Part shown: positions 14,067 to 24,854 of the stretch, piece after piece
How positions within the stretch are numbered: position 1 is the stretch's first letter
How the letters are laid out: every line of letters starts with the position of its first letter
Assembly: GCF_963921235.1 (NCBI RefSeq)
Contig: NC_086097.1
Location: 218,986,001 to 219,050,000, forward strand
DNA length: 64,000 nucleotides
Source: Mobula hypostoma
Taxonomy: Eukaryota
Reading direction: 5' to 3'
Program-made: the position numbers and the translations under genes
Notes under the pieces: generated by a model
Seen by the model: the letters and a program-made list of their open reading frames with translations, nothing else
Told to the model about the DNA's origin: nothing
The model's database searches: none

Positions 14067-14133
14067 CCAACTGGAGAGTGTTGTGGTTAAGGGTCGAAAC
14101 ACTGTGAAGGTTGGGAACCACCTGATGACAGCT
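14067..14133 (+). ncRNA. Candidate non-circularly permuted hammerhead ribozyme in the HERO 3' UTR
   Basis: Helix III AGTGT(14077-81)/ACACT(14099-103); GTT triplet 14080-82; helix I GTGGTT(14083-88)/AACCAC(14116-21); GAAA 14096-99; CTGATGA 14122-28; helix II weak. Confidence 0.65.
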
Positions 14134-14920
14134 GCTCCTGGCTGAAGTCTACAGTTACCTAAAAAGGTACCTGGGGAATGCACCTTGATAGATGTATGTA
14201 ACAAGTAAACAAAATGAAATATGCTCACATTCTTAGATGATGACATTACATTTACTATATATGAATGGTGGTGTTGATCATGGTACATAATTTCTGTCCT
14301 TGTTGTATTGATGTGTTTGATTTACTTGGTTTGAATTCAAGGTTGTGGCATGCTTATATCATTCTTTAATTGTCATGTTTGTGTGTGGCAACATTGGTGC
14401 CATTGATTGATCAGTTAGTTTGTTATGGTATGGAATAAATTTATGCCTTTGACTTGTTTATGTTTGAAAGTGAAGTATTATTTGAATGTTGTTCATATGT
14501 ATGGCATTGCTGTTTATTTTTGCCTTTCTTTTGCTTTCTGTAAGTGATTAGTTTACAATGTGTTTGCCTATGGTGATTTGCATGCTAATGCTTTTTGTTA
14601 TCTTCTGTAAGTATGTTTAAAAGTAAATGTGAATGCTTTCTGAATGTCAGTGTATTGATTTATGCCTGTGCCCAATTCTACTCTGTTTGTTTATGCTGTT
14701 ATCTGTATGTTTTCTGATAGGGCAGAACAATTGCACAGTAGATGGAGCATTTGGACTTCCGGAGAAATTCTCATTTGGGTGAATAGTGAACGTGGAGGTA
14801 GTAGTGATAAGAAGAGAAGGAAAACTACCATTCTGTGAAAAGCACCATAAATAGCAATGAACACACACAAAAGTGGCTGGTGAACGTAGCAGGCCAGGCA
14901 GCATCTCCAGGAAGAGGTAC

Positions 14921-14956
14921 AGTCGACGTTTCAGGCCGAAACCCTTCGTCAGGACT
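14921..14956 (-). ncRNA. Intact minimal type-I hammerhead ribozyme
   Basis: Minus strand AGTC-CTGACGA-A-GGGT-TTCG-GCCT-GAAACGTC-GACT: full core, helix I AGTC/GACT, GUC triplet. Confidence 0.85.
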
Positions 14957-15719
14957 AACTGAAGGAAGAGTTAGTAAGAGATTTGAAAGTTGGAGGGGGA
15001 GGGGAAGATCCAAAATGATAGGAGAAGACAGGAGGGGGAGGGATGGAGCCAAGAGCTGGACAGGTGATTGGCAAAAGGGATATGAGAGGATCATGGGACA
15101 GGAGGCCCAGGGAGAAAGAAAAGGGGGAGGGGGGAAGCCCAGAGGATGGGCAAGGGGTATAGTGAGAGGGACAGAGGGAGAAAAAGGAGAGCGAGAAAAA
15201 GAATGTGTGTATATAAAAAAAATAAATAACAGATGAGGTATGAGGGGGAGGTAGAGCATTAGCGGAAGTTTGAGAAGTCAATGTTCATGCCATCAGGTTG
15301 GAGGCTACCCAGACGGAATATAAGGTGTTGTTCCTCCAACCTGAGTGTGGCTTTATCTTATATTCCATCTGGGTAGCCTCCAACCTGATGGCATGAACAT
15401 TGACTTCTCAAACTTCTGCTAATGTTCCACCTTCCCCTCGTTCCCCATCCGTTATTTATTTATATACACACATTCTTTTTCTCTCTCTCTCCTTTTTCTC
15501 CCTCTGTCCCTCTCACTATACCCCTTGCCCATCCTCTGGGCTTCCTCCCTCCTCCCTTTCTTTCCCCCTAGGCCTCCTGTCCCGTGATCCTCTCATATCC
15601 CTTTTGCCAATCAACTTTCCAGCTCTTGGCTCCATCCCTCCCCCTCCTGTCTTCTCCTATCATTTCAGATCTCCCCCCCGCCCCCACTTTCAAATCTCTC
15701 ACTAGTTCTTCTTTCAGTT

Positions 15720-15755
15720 AGTCCCGATGAAGGGTCTCGGCCCGAAACGTCGACT
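15720..15755 (+). ncRNA. Minimal hammerhead with U4>C substitution
   Basis: AGTC-CCGATGA-A-GGGTCTCGGCCC-GAAACGTC-GACT. Confidence 0.75.
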
Positions 15756-18159
15756 GTACCTCTTCCTGGAGATGCTGCCTGGCCTGCTGCATTCACCAGC
15801 AAATTTTTTGTGTGTTGCTTGAAATTCCAGCATCTGCAGATTTCCTCATGTTTGCATAAATAGCAATGATGCGGGGGGAGGAAAGAAAATAAGTAAAAGC
15901 TAGGATAGGCAGTAATAGATTGAAAAAGGAATTGGAGTAAGGCAATACTGGGTTTTGACTTTTGGACAGCCATCTAGCAGATTCTGAACCTTTAACCAAG
16001 GAAATGAACTTGATCCAGGTTGAATTAATTACAATGGGCTGATGGCTATCAAACCCACTGAACCTCGATGGTTTAAGATTGAACTATGCACATCCACTTT
16101 AATATGTGTCATTATCTTGCAGTACCAGATATTTCTTTCTCAAGATTAGATTTTGTGTCACCATGTTTTATGACTGAATTTTTATGAAAACTGGAGACTT
16201 GCAGAGTCAACCATGATAATTTTGCATTCCGGTTTCCTCCCTGTCTGTTCTGTACGTATATGGTTAATGCACAGGGGGCCCAGATATATAAGTGACATCC
16301 AATACCTGAGTGACCCGGCGCCTTCTCCAGATGGTAGCAAGCCTCTACAGCATGAATGGGACCTGCTTCTGATTGGCTTAAAGCAAGTGGGATCTGACAG
16401 AATTTGGTGGGTGAAGTGACTTACTTGCCAGCTTCTATTTGAGTCCCGTCCACTTTTCACGTTGGCAAGCAGCAATTCCCACTTCCCTCCCAACCACTTC
16501 CCAAGCTTGCAACCTTGCCCGCAGTCCAGTTGGCTGAGCTGGCTTAGCTTCCCTCTCCGGCACTGAACGCCTGCTGCAGCCCCATCACCTGGCTCTCAGC
16601 TCTTGCCTGATCTGGTCTCTCCATCCAATGACTATTTCCTACCCTCGTCCCTTAGTGTCTCAACTGGTTCTTGCAGTCTCCCAAGTTACTGACTGACAGC
16701 TCCCCCCACCATTACCCCTCTCAGGCCACCAACACCTTATTCCTCACCAGTTCCTGGCAGACAATGCCTCCCCCAACCCTCCCCTCCCCACCCGGTCCTC
16801 ACTGTGTACTGGTGCAGCTTATGAAGGAAGCCTGTTGATTGTGGAATGTGATTCCATTAGGTTCACGGCTAAGGAGTTTCCAGAGTGTTGCTGACTAGGA
16901 TGGTCCATTAACCTTGCCCCCGTAGGTGCAGAAATTACAGCTTTTTCTTCCTTTAAAGCCATCACTTAAATGGAAAATTTCTTTGGATCTCCCTTCAGTA
17001 CATTTTTGATTTTAAATTTGTCCCCTTTATAATCAAAGCATTTTCAGTCGGTCAAATCTCCTCTCACCCTTCCTTGCTGTTGTTGGAGATTTTCATTGCC
17101 AAGCTGTTCTGCGACAGGCTTGCTTAGGAAGTATGATTTTAATATGTAACTTTGACTCTGATTGCTGATTGTCGTGATGTGAATTTGTCTAGCACTAGTA
17201 AGCAGATAGAGATACAGAGAAAGTAGTCAAGCATGTTTTAGACTCCACTGTCTGAGTTTCCAAGTTGTAGTACATGTGGTTCCACTCAACCATGAATAGC
17301 AGGTGTGGAATGTGCTGAGTCTGCAGTATTTTCAGTAAAGTCAAGGACTGAGAGAGCCCTCCCAATGCACACACTCAGGATATTGGGCATGGGTTTGTAG
17401 GTCCTGGTGGAGAAGGAGGACCAGGTGAGCTGAGTAATCTGCACTGCACTGGAGTAGAAGTCCACCTGGGCCTTCTACCTTCCTTTCCTGCTGTAACCCA
17501 TGTTCTCTACTTAATCTTAGGTCCTCCATTCATTCCTCCTGCAGATTAAAGAAGATGCTTCCCCCAACCCAGTTCTTGCCATTCCTGAGGAAGAACACCT
17601 TGCCCTAACATCAGTGCAGTTTTGATTCCTGGGATGCAGAATTTGTTGCAATGGGAATGACTTAAGATTAGGCTATTGAATAAGAGATGATTCATCGTGA
17701 TGTGACACATTCTGAAAAGGAGGTGCAAAGGGGTTGATTCCTTGGTGTGGAAAGTCTGGAACTGAAAGAAATTCAGATTAAGATTCAGAATGAACAGCCA
17801 TTTAGGAATAAGATGTAATACATTTCAAGTTAATTGTGAAAACTTGGCCTTTTTAGTTCCTATTGTTATTGAAGACCAATCAGCCAATTAAGTCCAAGGG
17901 AGCTCTCAGAGCAAATTCATTTCCCCACTTAAAGTGAGCTGGCTCTTTACTTAGAGAGTTGTAAATCCTTACTGAGTTCCTTTACTCAGGAAGATGCTGC
18001 ATAGGATTGAGATCAATGGTTTTTATATAATCAAAGAATATAGGACCCTGATGGGAAGAGGGCGTAAGAAGAAATCATTGGCAGAACACGCGCAATCTGC
18101 GGCTTCATCTGCTATTTTCATTTCATAGGTCTATGGCAGACGCAAGTTCGGTGGCTCTT

Positions 18160-19403
18160 CAATAGCATTGGATCACTTGGACAATATAAATACAATACAA
18201 TACTAATATCAATGTCAGGATACTGTTCGTTGACTATAGGTCAGTGTTTAACACCATCATTCCCAAAGTCCTGATCGATAAGCTACTGAACCTGGGCTTC
18301 TGTACCTCTCTCTGCAATTGGATCCTTAACTTCCTAACCGGAAGACCATAACCTGTGCAGATTGGTGATAATATCTTCGCCTCACTGATGGTTAACACTG
18401 GTGCTCCTCAGGGGTGTGTGTTTAGCCCACTTCTCTACTCCCTCTATACCCATGACTGTGTGGCTAGGTATTTCTCAAATAACATCTATAAATTTGCTGA
18501 TGATACAACCATTGTTGGTAGAATCTCAGATGGAAATGAGGGGGTGTACAGGAGTGACATATACCAGCTGGTTGAGGGATGTCACAGTAACAACCTTGTA
18601 CTCAATGGCAGCAAGACCAAAGAGCTGATTATGGACGTCAGGTAGAGTGATATGAGGGAACACAAACCAATCCTCATAGAGGGAACAGAAGAGGGGAGAG
18701 TGAGCACTTTCAAGTTCCTGGGTATCAAGATCTCTGAGGGTCTAACCTGGTCCCAACAAATTGATGCAGCTATAGGGAAGGCAAGACCAAGGCTATATTT
18801 CACTAGAGTTTGAAGAGATTTTGTTTGTCGTCTAAAGCACTTGAAAACTTCTATAGATGTACCCTGGAGAGTATACTGACTGGCTGCAATCACTGTCCGG
18901 TATGGAGGGGTGGGGTGGGGGTGGCTACTGCACAGGACTGAAAGAAGCTGCTGAAAGTTGTAAAATTAGCCAGCTCCATCCCATCTTGGGTACTAACCTC
19001 CATAGTATCCAAGACATCTTCAAGGAGCTGTGCCTCAGAAAGGTGATGTCCATTGCTAAGGACACTCCATCACCCAGGACATGCCTCTTCTCATTGTTAC
19101 CATCAGGAAGGATGTACAGATGCCTGAAGACACACACTCAGCAATCCAGGAACAGTTTCTTCCCCTCTACAATACAATTCCTAAATGGACATTGAACCAT
19201 GAATACTACCTCACTTTTTTAATATATACTACTTCTGTTTTTGCACTATTTTAATCTATTTAATATACATATATATATATATACTTATAATAATTGATTT
19301 ACTTATTTTTTCTTTCTATGTTATCTTGTATTGCATTGTATTGCTGCTGCTAAATTAACAAATTTCACGATACATGCCGGTGATAATAAATCTGATTCTG
19401 ATT
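18160..19403 (+). mobile_element. Rex1-like LINE RT and 3' end
   Basis: GAPQGCVFSPLLYSLYTHD, KFADDTT; AATAAATCTGATTCTGATT tail. Confidence 0.88.
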
Positions 19404-20864
19404 GTCACTTTGTTCTGAAATGTCCAAACGGAAGTGTAGCATAATTTTTTTTCATTTTAGCTACATTTTAAAGAGGATTTAGTAAATAAATGTCAATAGA
19501 ATATCAGTGAAGTCTTGCAAAATGGTACCAGAACAATCTCTAAATTCCAAATCTCCATCCATAAGGGAGCAGTAATTAAATAAGGTTTGGAATTGAACAG
19601 TGTATTTGCTTGCAATCAGTTGATCAGTGTTTAGGTTTTGCTAGCTATTAAAGTACTATGCAGTCTTAATGAGTACTTAGAGGCATTTTAAGTTGTGATG
19701 GGCTGTTTAACAAACCTCTAGATTGCCATTTATGGTTTGCAGTTTTGATGGTTATTTCAATCTGATGCTCTGGACTGATCTGTGCTAAACTGGCTTTTAA
19801 ATTTAAGAACCCATCTTGGCTACATTAAGCGCTCTTATATGATTCATTTGTGTCCTTTGCCATTTATTCCATTTGGAAAATGTAAATTCTGTTTGAGAAT
19901 TGGCAGGTCTTTTTCCTAGTTACATGGCTGAGGAAGTTAAATGTAGCCATAAAAATCAGATTGGTGAGTCAAACAGCAATAATTGTTTGTGTTTGGATGT
20001 GGTTAGGATTGCTTGCAGTTCATCATTCTCTAAACGACTGCAGCTCCACTTGTCCTGTGAATGCTCTTAACTGAAAATAACTGCAAATGTTGGAAACTTA
20101 ACAAATGCTGGAAATCAGTAACATTCTAAAATAAAATGCTGGAAATATTTTGCAGGTCTGTCAGCACGTGTTGAGAGAGAAACAGGAGTTAATCACAATG
20201 CCTGTATCACCACCCACCAGTTTACTTGGTAGAACCAGCAGCGGGTCATTCCTGTTCAAACTTCCAGAGGTTTGGAAATTTGGAGGGGTAGGGAGATTGG
20301 CTAGAAGCTTCAAAAGTTATTGATTCCTAACAGCATTGAGAAACTTCACCCAGTGACATCCAAATCTTTTTTATCTAATGTAGAACAAGAGGTGGTCCAA
20401 CTCCAAATAAATCTGTTCTTGTGAGTTGCAAGCAGCTGTTCGCGTGAGAGAAATGTCAATACTCTGACTGAAAGTGAGGAAATTCAAAAACAAATTAGAT
20501 TTAGAAACAGAAATAACATTTCCTAATTTAAAAAGTGATAATGAATATTGAATATGTAAATTTCAACTGATAAATTATAATAAATAAATGTCACTTCCTG
20601 TTTAAATATTCCCAAATTATTTATGCTCCTGATGTTAGCACATTAACTTCTCAGATCTCTGACACACAACTTAAATTCTCACACTTTCTTGCTAATTTCT
20701 CGCTCAGCAGTACTCTGAAGCACATGGCTTACATTTCACCATTGGTCTTAACATTACTAACATCTCAGGAAGAACTTGTATAATCCAGGAACCAACACCC
20801 TGAATTCATCTTGCTAACTGCTTTTTATTTTAGTTAGAGGGATAATGTTGCTAACAGCTAAACT

Positions 20865-21010
20865 ATCACCTCTCCTCACCTTCTTATTCTGGCTTCTTCC
20901 TCTTTCCTTTCTAGAACTGATACAGGCACTCAGCTTGAAACATTGACAGTTAATTCCACTCCATAGATGTTGCTTGACCTGCTGAGCTCCTTCAGCATTG
21001 TGTGCGTTTG
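20865..21010 (+). mobile_element. Degenerate PLE tail
   Basis: CTGATACAGG...TTGAAACATTGAC followed by ACCTGCTGAGCTCCTTCAGCA. Confidence 0.6.
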
Positions 21011-21109
21011 TGTTAAACTGTAAATGTTATTGTATGAGCAGAGCACTGACTCTCTCTAGTGGTGGCAAGTGGAATGGCAGCATTGTTGAAAACTTAACAT
21101 GCAACACTT

Positions 21110-21368
21110 GCAACACACAGTAAATGCTGGAGGAACTCAGCAGGCCAGGCAGCACCTATGGAAAAAAAATCAACAGGTGACGTTTCAGACCGAGACCCTG
21201 TAGCAGGACTGGAGAAAGAAATCTTTCTTTCTCAAGTCCTGCTGAAGGGTTTCGGGCCGAAATATCGACCAGACTCTTTTCCATAAATGCTGCCTGGCCT
21301 GCTGAGTTCCTCCAGCATTTACTGTGTGTTGCTTGGATCTCCTGCATCTGCAGATTTTCTCTTGTTTG
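21110..21368. mobile_element. Non-coding mini-palindrome of two PLE tails, each with a hammerhead-like motif
   Basis: 21110-21219 is the reverse complement of ~21224-21332; motifs at 21175-21210 (-) and 21235-21270 (+). Confidence 0.85.
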
Positions 21369-21449
21369 TACATGCAAATACTTCATGTTCCTGTGTGCCT
21401 GATGTTAGAAAATTTTTGATCAGCAAATTGATACAGTTAAGGAGACACG

Positions 21450-22263
21450 ATTGAGACATCGATAGGATGCAGAACTGAGCTGAGAAGTGGCAGATAGAGT
21501 TCAACCCAGATAAGCGTGAAGTGGTAGGTCAGATTTGAAGACAGAATATAATATTAATGGTAAAACTCTTGGCAGTGTGGAGGATCAGTGGAGTCCATGT
21601 CCATGGGACACTCAAAGCTGCCATGCAGGTTGACAGTGTTGTAAAGAAGGCATATGGTGTGTTGGCCTTCAACTGTGGGATTGAGTTCAAGAGCCTTGAG
21701 GTAACGTTACAGCTCTATAAGACCTTAGACTCCAGTTGGAGTACAGTGTTCAGTTCTGGTCACCTCACTACAGGAAGGATGTGGATACTATAGAGAGAGT
21801 GCAGAGGAGATTTACAAGGATGTTGCCTGGATTGGAAAGCGTGCTTTTGAGAATAGGTTGAGTGAACTTGGCCTTTTCTTCTTGGAGAGATGGAAGATGA
21901 GAGGTGACCTGATAGAGATGTATAAGATGATGAAAGGCATTAATTGTGTAGATATCCAGAGACTTTTTTCTAGGGCTGAAATGGCTAACATGAGGGGGCA
22001 TAGTTTTAAGCTGCTTGCAAGTAGGTACAAGGGGGATGTCAGAGGTAAGTTTTTCACAGAGATTAGTGGGTGCATGGAATACACTGCCAGCAAAGGTGGT
22101 AGAGGTGGATACAATAGGGTCTTTTAAGAGCCTCTTAGATAGGTGTATGGAGCTTAGAAAAATAGAGGTAGGGCAATTCTAGGCAGTCTGTAGAGTAGGT
22201 TACATGGTTGGCACAACATTGTGGGCTGAAGAGCCTGTAATGTGCTGTAGTTTTCTATGTTTC
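21450..22263 (+). mobile_element. CR1 LINE 3' end
   Basis: KMRGDLIEMYK; TTCTATGTTTC tail. Confidence 0.88.
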
Positions 22264-23045
22264 AATGCTCCTTGTAGTAAGTGTCACCTTTACCTGCAGT
22301 ATTCCAATACCTTGGTTTTTAGCTGGTACTGTTCAACCTCAGGTTTCCAAAACTGCTTAGGCTTCTCAGTTTTATTCGCACCCACCTTACACCAATCATT
22401 GAATATGAATGTGTTCTATGTGTTTGTTTGATAGTTTTCTTTGTGTGAAGTCTTACATTTTCCTTCTGTCAGTTTCAATTGAAATCATTTTGTCCACCTG
22501 TTAGATGACATCAATGCACTATTACTAAGTTATATCTTCCACTTTCCTTCTGTTTTACAAATTTGATCGTTTTGCTTCTGGAAGCCTCTGGAGTTTCTGG
22601 AATCAGTTTATTCACAGGCTTTTAAAGTAGTAGTTGTGCCAGCAGTAAGTTCTGAGATCAGTGGTACCAAACTTCAGATGCCAATTAAAAACAAAGAGAA
22701 TATTTCAGGCCAATGAGCTGCAATCCATTCTGATGAATGGGTATTAATCTGAAATACCATAGAAATATTCCTGGATTACTGAATACTCACATCATTTTCT
22801 GTGTTTTCCTTGTTCTTGACTATTTGGTGCAACTAATAAAATGAATCTATGCTCGAATGCTCATTCTAACCCCCAAGCAAAGCAAAGTGTTTCCCTCCTT
22901 CTGACCTGGTGGCTTGTTACATGACTGATGCCATTCTTCTCTTTTTTTGCTTGGATTTACTTATATTAGGTTGTTCATGTTGTGTCATCGGTTTCCCAAA
23001 GGATCAACCACATTTGATACCTTAGGGTTCCTATCTTTTAAACTA

Positions 23046-24642
23046 CAGGTGCCCCCCGCTTTTTGAACGTTCGCTTTATGAAACCTCACTGTTACGAAAG
23101 ACCTACATTAGTACCTTGTTTTCGCTTTCAGAAGGTGTTTTCACTGTTACAAAGAAAGGCAGAGCGCGAAAAAAACTCAGCGTGCGAAAAAATCAGCACG
23201 CGATAAAAGGCAGCGCGCGCCCTGAGCAGCCGCTCTCCCCCGGATTCGGAACGGCATTGCTTATACACGTGCCTGTGAGCAGTCGTTAGCAAGATGAGTT
23301 CTAAGGTATCGGGAAAGCCTAAAAGAGCTCGTAAGGGTGTTACACTTAGCGTAAAACTAGACATAATTAAGCGTTTCGATCGTGGTGAACAAAGCAAGGA
23401 CAAAGTGAGTTTGGCTTGTGGAAGCTGACGAAGATGATGTTGAAGAGGTTTTGGCATCCCATGACCAAGAACTGATAGATGAAGAGCTGATGCAATTGGA
23501 AGAGGAAAGGATAACAATCGAAACTGAATGCAGTAGCAAACTGAACGTGAAGCAGCTGCGTGAGATTTTCGCTGCAATGATAAAGTACGACTTTAATTTT
23601 GAAAGGGTACGTAGGTTTAGGGGATATTTGCAGGATGGTTTGAGTCCTTACAAACAACTGTATGATAGAAAAATGCTCGAGGTTCAGCAGTGAAGCAAGC
23701 CTTCCACATCAGCCACAGCAGATGACAAACCTCGACCTTCGACATCGAGGCAGGCAGTCATAAGAGAGGATGAGCTGCCTGCCCTGATTGACGATGAGAT
23801 GACACCCTGTGTCCCACCACCCCAACCCCCGGGCCCCGGACAGATACTGTACCGATTCACGGAGAATGCAACGGTAGCCGGGAGGCACACAGCACATCTT
23901 TAAGAAAAAAGCCGAAATAAACAAGCTAATTAATTGGGTGCCGCTGACACGTAATTGTTGGCCCAGATCAGTGCCAATTTCCGATTGCATCACTTCTGAT
24001 CTGGGCTGACAATTACGAGTCAACGGCACCTCATTAATTAGCATGTTTATTTTGGCTTTTTTCTTAAAGATGTGCTGGGTGCCTCCCGGCTACTGCTGCG
24101 TTCTTCACGGCAACGTATCGGGTCGGCGGCCTGGAGGGTGGAGGCCACTGCACCACCCAACCTGCGACGACCCAGTCTAACTCACCATCGTCAGTGTGCT
24201 CGGCGCTGTCTTCCCAATTCAGGCGAGTGATACTACACTGTACATACATTATTTCTACTTTGTATGGGCTGTGTATTTTTATGTGTTGTTTGGTAGATTT
24301 GGCAGCCTCATAGCTTAAAGGTTACTGGAGAGCGCGTTTATGCCAACAGCGCTTGCGTGAGATTTTTGCTACGGAGATCTGTGCAGGCAATCGTTGTAGA
24401 GAAGTATTTCTACTTTATATAGGCTGTGTATTTATCATATCATTCCTGCTTTTACTATATGGTACTGTTATTTTAGGTTTTATGTGTTATTTGCCATGAT
24501 TTGGTAGGTTATTTTTGGGTCTGCGAACGCTCACAAAATTTTCCCATATAAATAAATGGTAATTGCTTCTTCGCTTTACGACATTTCGGCTTACGAACCG
24601 TTTCAAAGGAACGCTGTACCTTCGGATGGCGGGGGAAACCTG
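23046..24642 (+). mobile_element. Tigger/pogo (Tc1/mariner) non-autonomous DNA transposon
   Basis: TA TSD 23044-45 and 24643-44; imperfect 25-bp TIRs (CAGGTGCCCCCCGCTTTTTGAACGT vs CAGGTTTCCCCCGCCATCCGAAGGT); N-terminal HTH-like MSSKVSGKPKRARKGVTLSVKLDIIKRF from ATG 23294; acidic Tigger-like C-terminus 23418-23693; no DDE domain. Confidence 0.9.
23863..24104. repeat. Internal ~240-bp palindrome of the Tigger element
   Basis: Arms of ~108 bp, e.g. GTAGCCGGGAGGCAC/GTGCCTCCCGGCTAC and AGCACATCTTTAAGAAAAAAGCC/GGCTTTTTTCTTAAAGATGTGCT. Confidence 0.92.
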
Positions 24643-24854
24643 TACACCATCAGTATTTTTGACCTCTTTTTCTTATCACATCTCTATCAAAAATATGCTA
24701 TTTGTTTTTAATCTTAAGCTGCTGCTGTGCTTTTCATAACTCTATCTTGCCATGAAGTCTCTTTTGCTGCAATAGTTTATAATGTTGGAATTTTTTTTCA
24801 GAATGCTTCTGGAGTTCTTTAATTGCATCTTGTTATCAATTTGTTCCTATTCAT

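Larger units (their letters stand above)
11243..14160 (+). mobile_element. HERO/NeSL-type non-LTR retrotransposon (RT + zinc knuckle + restriction-like endonuclease), 5'-truncated and decayed
   Basis: APGPSGI, QFRTISLL, QKGGIPGFTGCLEH, AYGSIPH, KGIPTGCTISP, FMDD, CGQKGTLAHILSGC, YRWRHDKV, RPDIV, ELTVPWEE, HERKALKY; coding similarity ends ~14027. Confidence 0.88.
14861..15854. mobile_element. Palindromic PLE insertion: two ~500-bp 3' arms in inverted orientation
   Basis: 14861-15360 is essentially the reverse complement of 15361-15820; 15-bp TSD CATAAATAGCAATGA at 14846-14860 and 15855-15869. Confidence 0.93.

Noticed and set aside
14122..14149. Alternative conventional hammerhead CTGATGA-CAGC...GCTG-AAGTC
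   Set aside because: No GAAA and no helix I or III partners downstream; the permuted reading gives two perfect helices in register. It could still be a competing fold.
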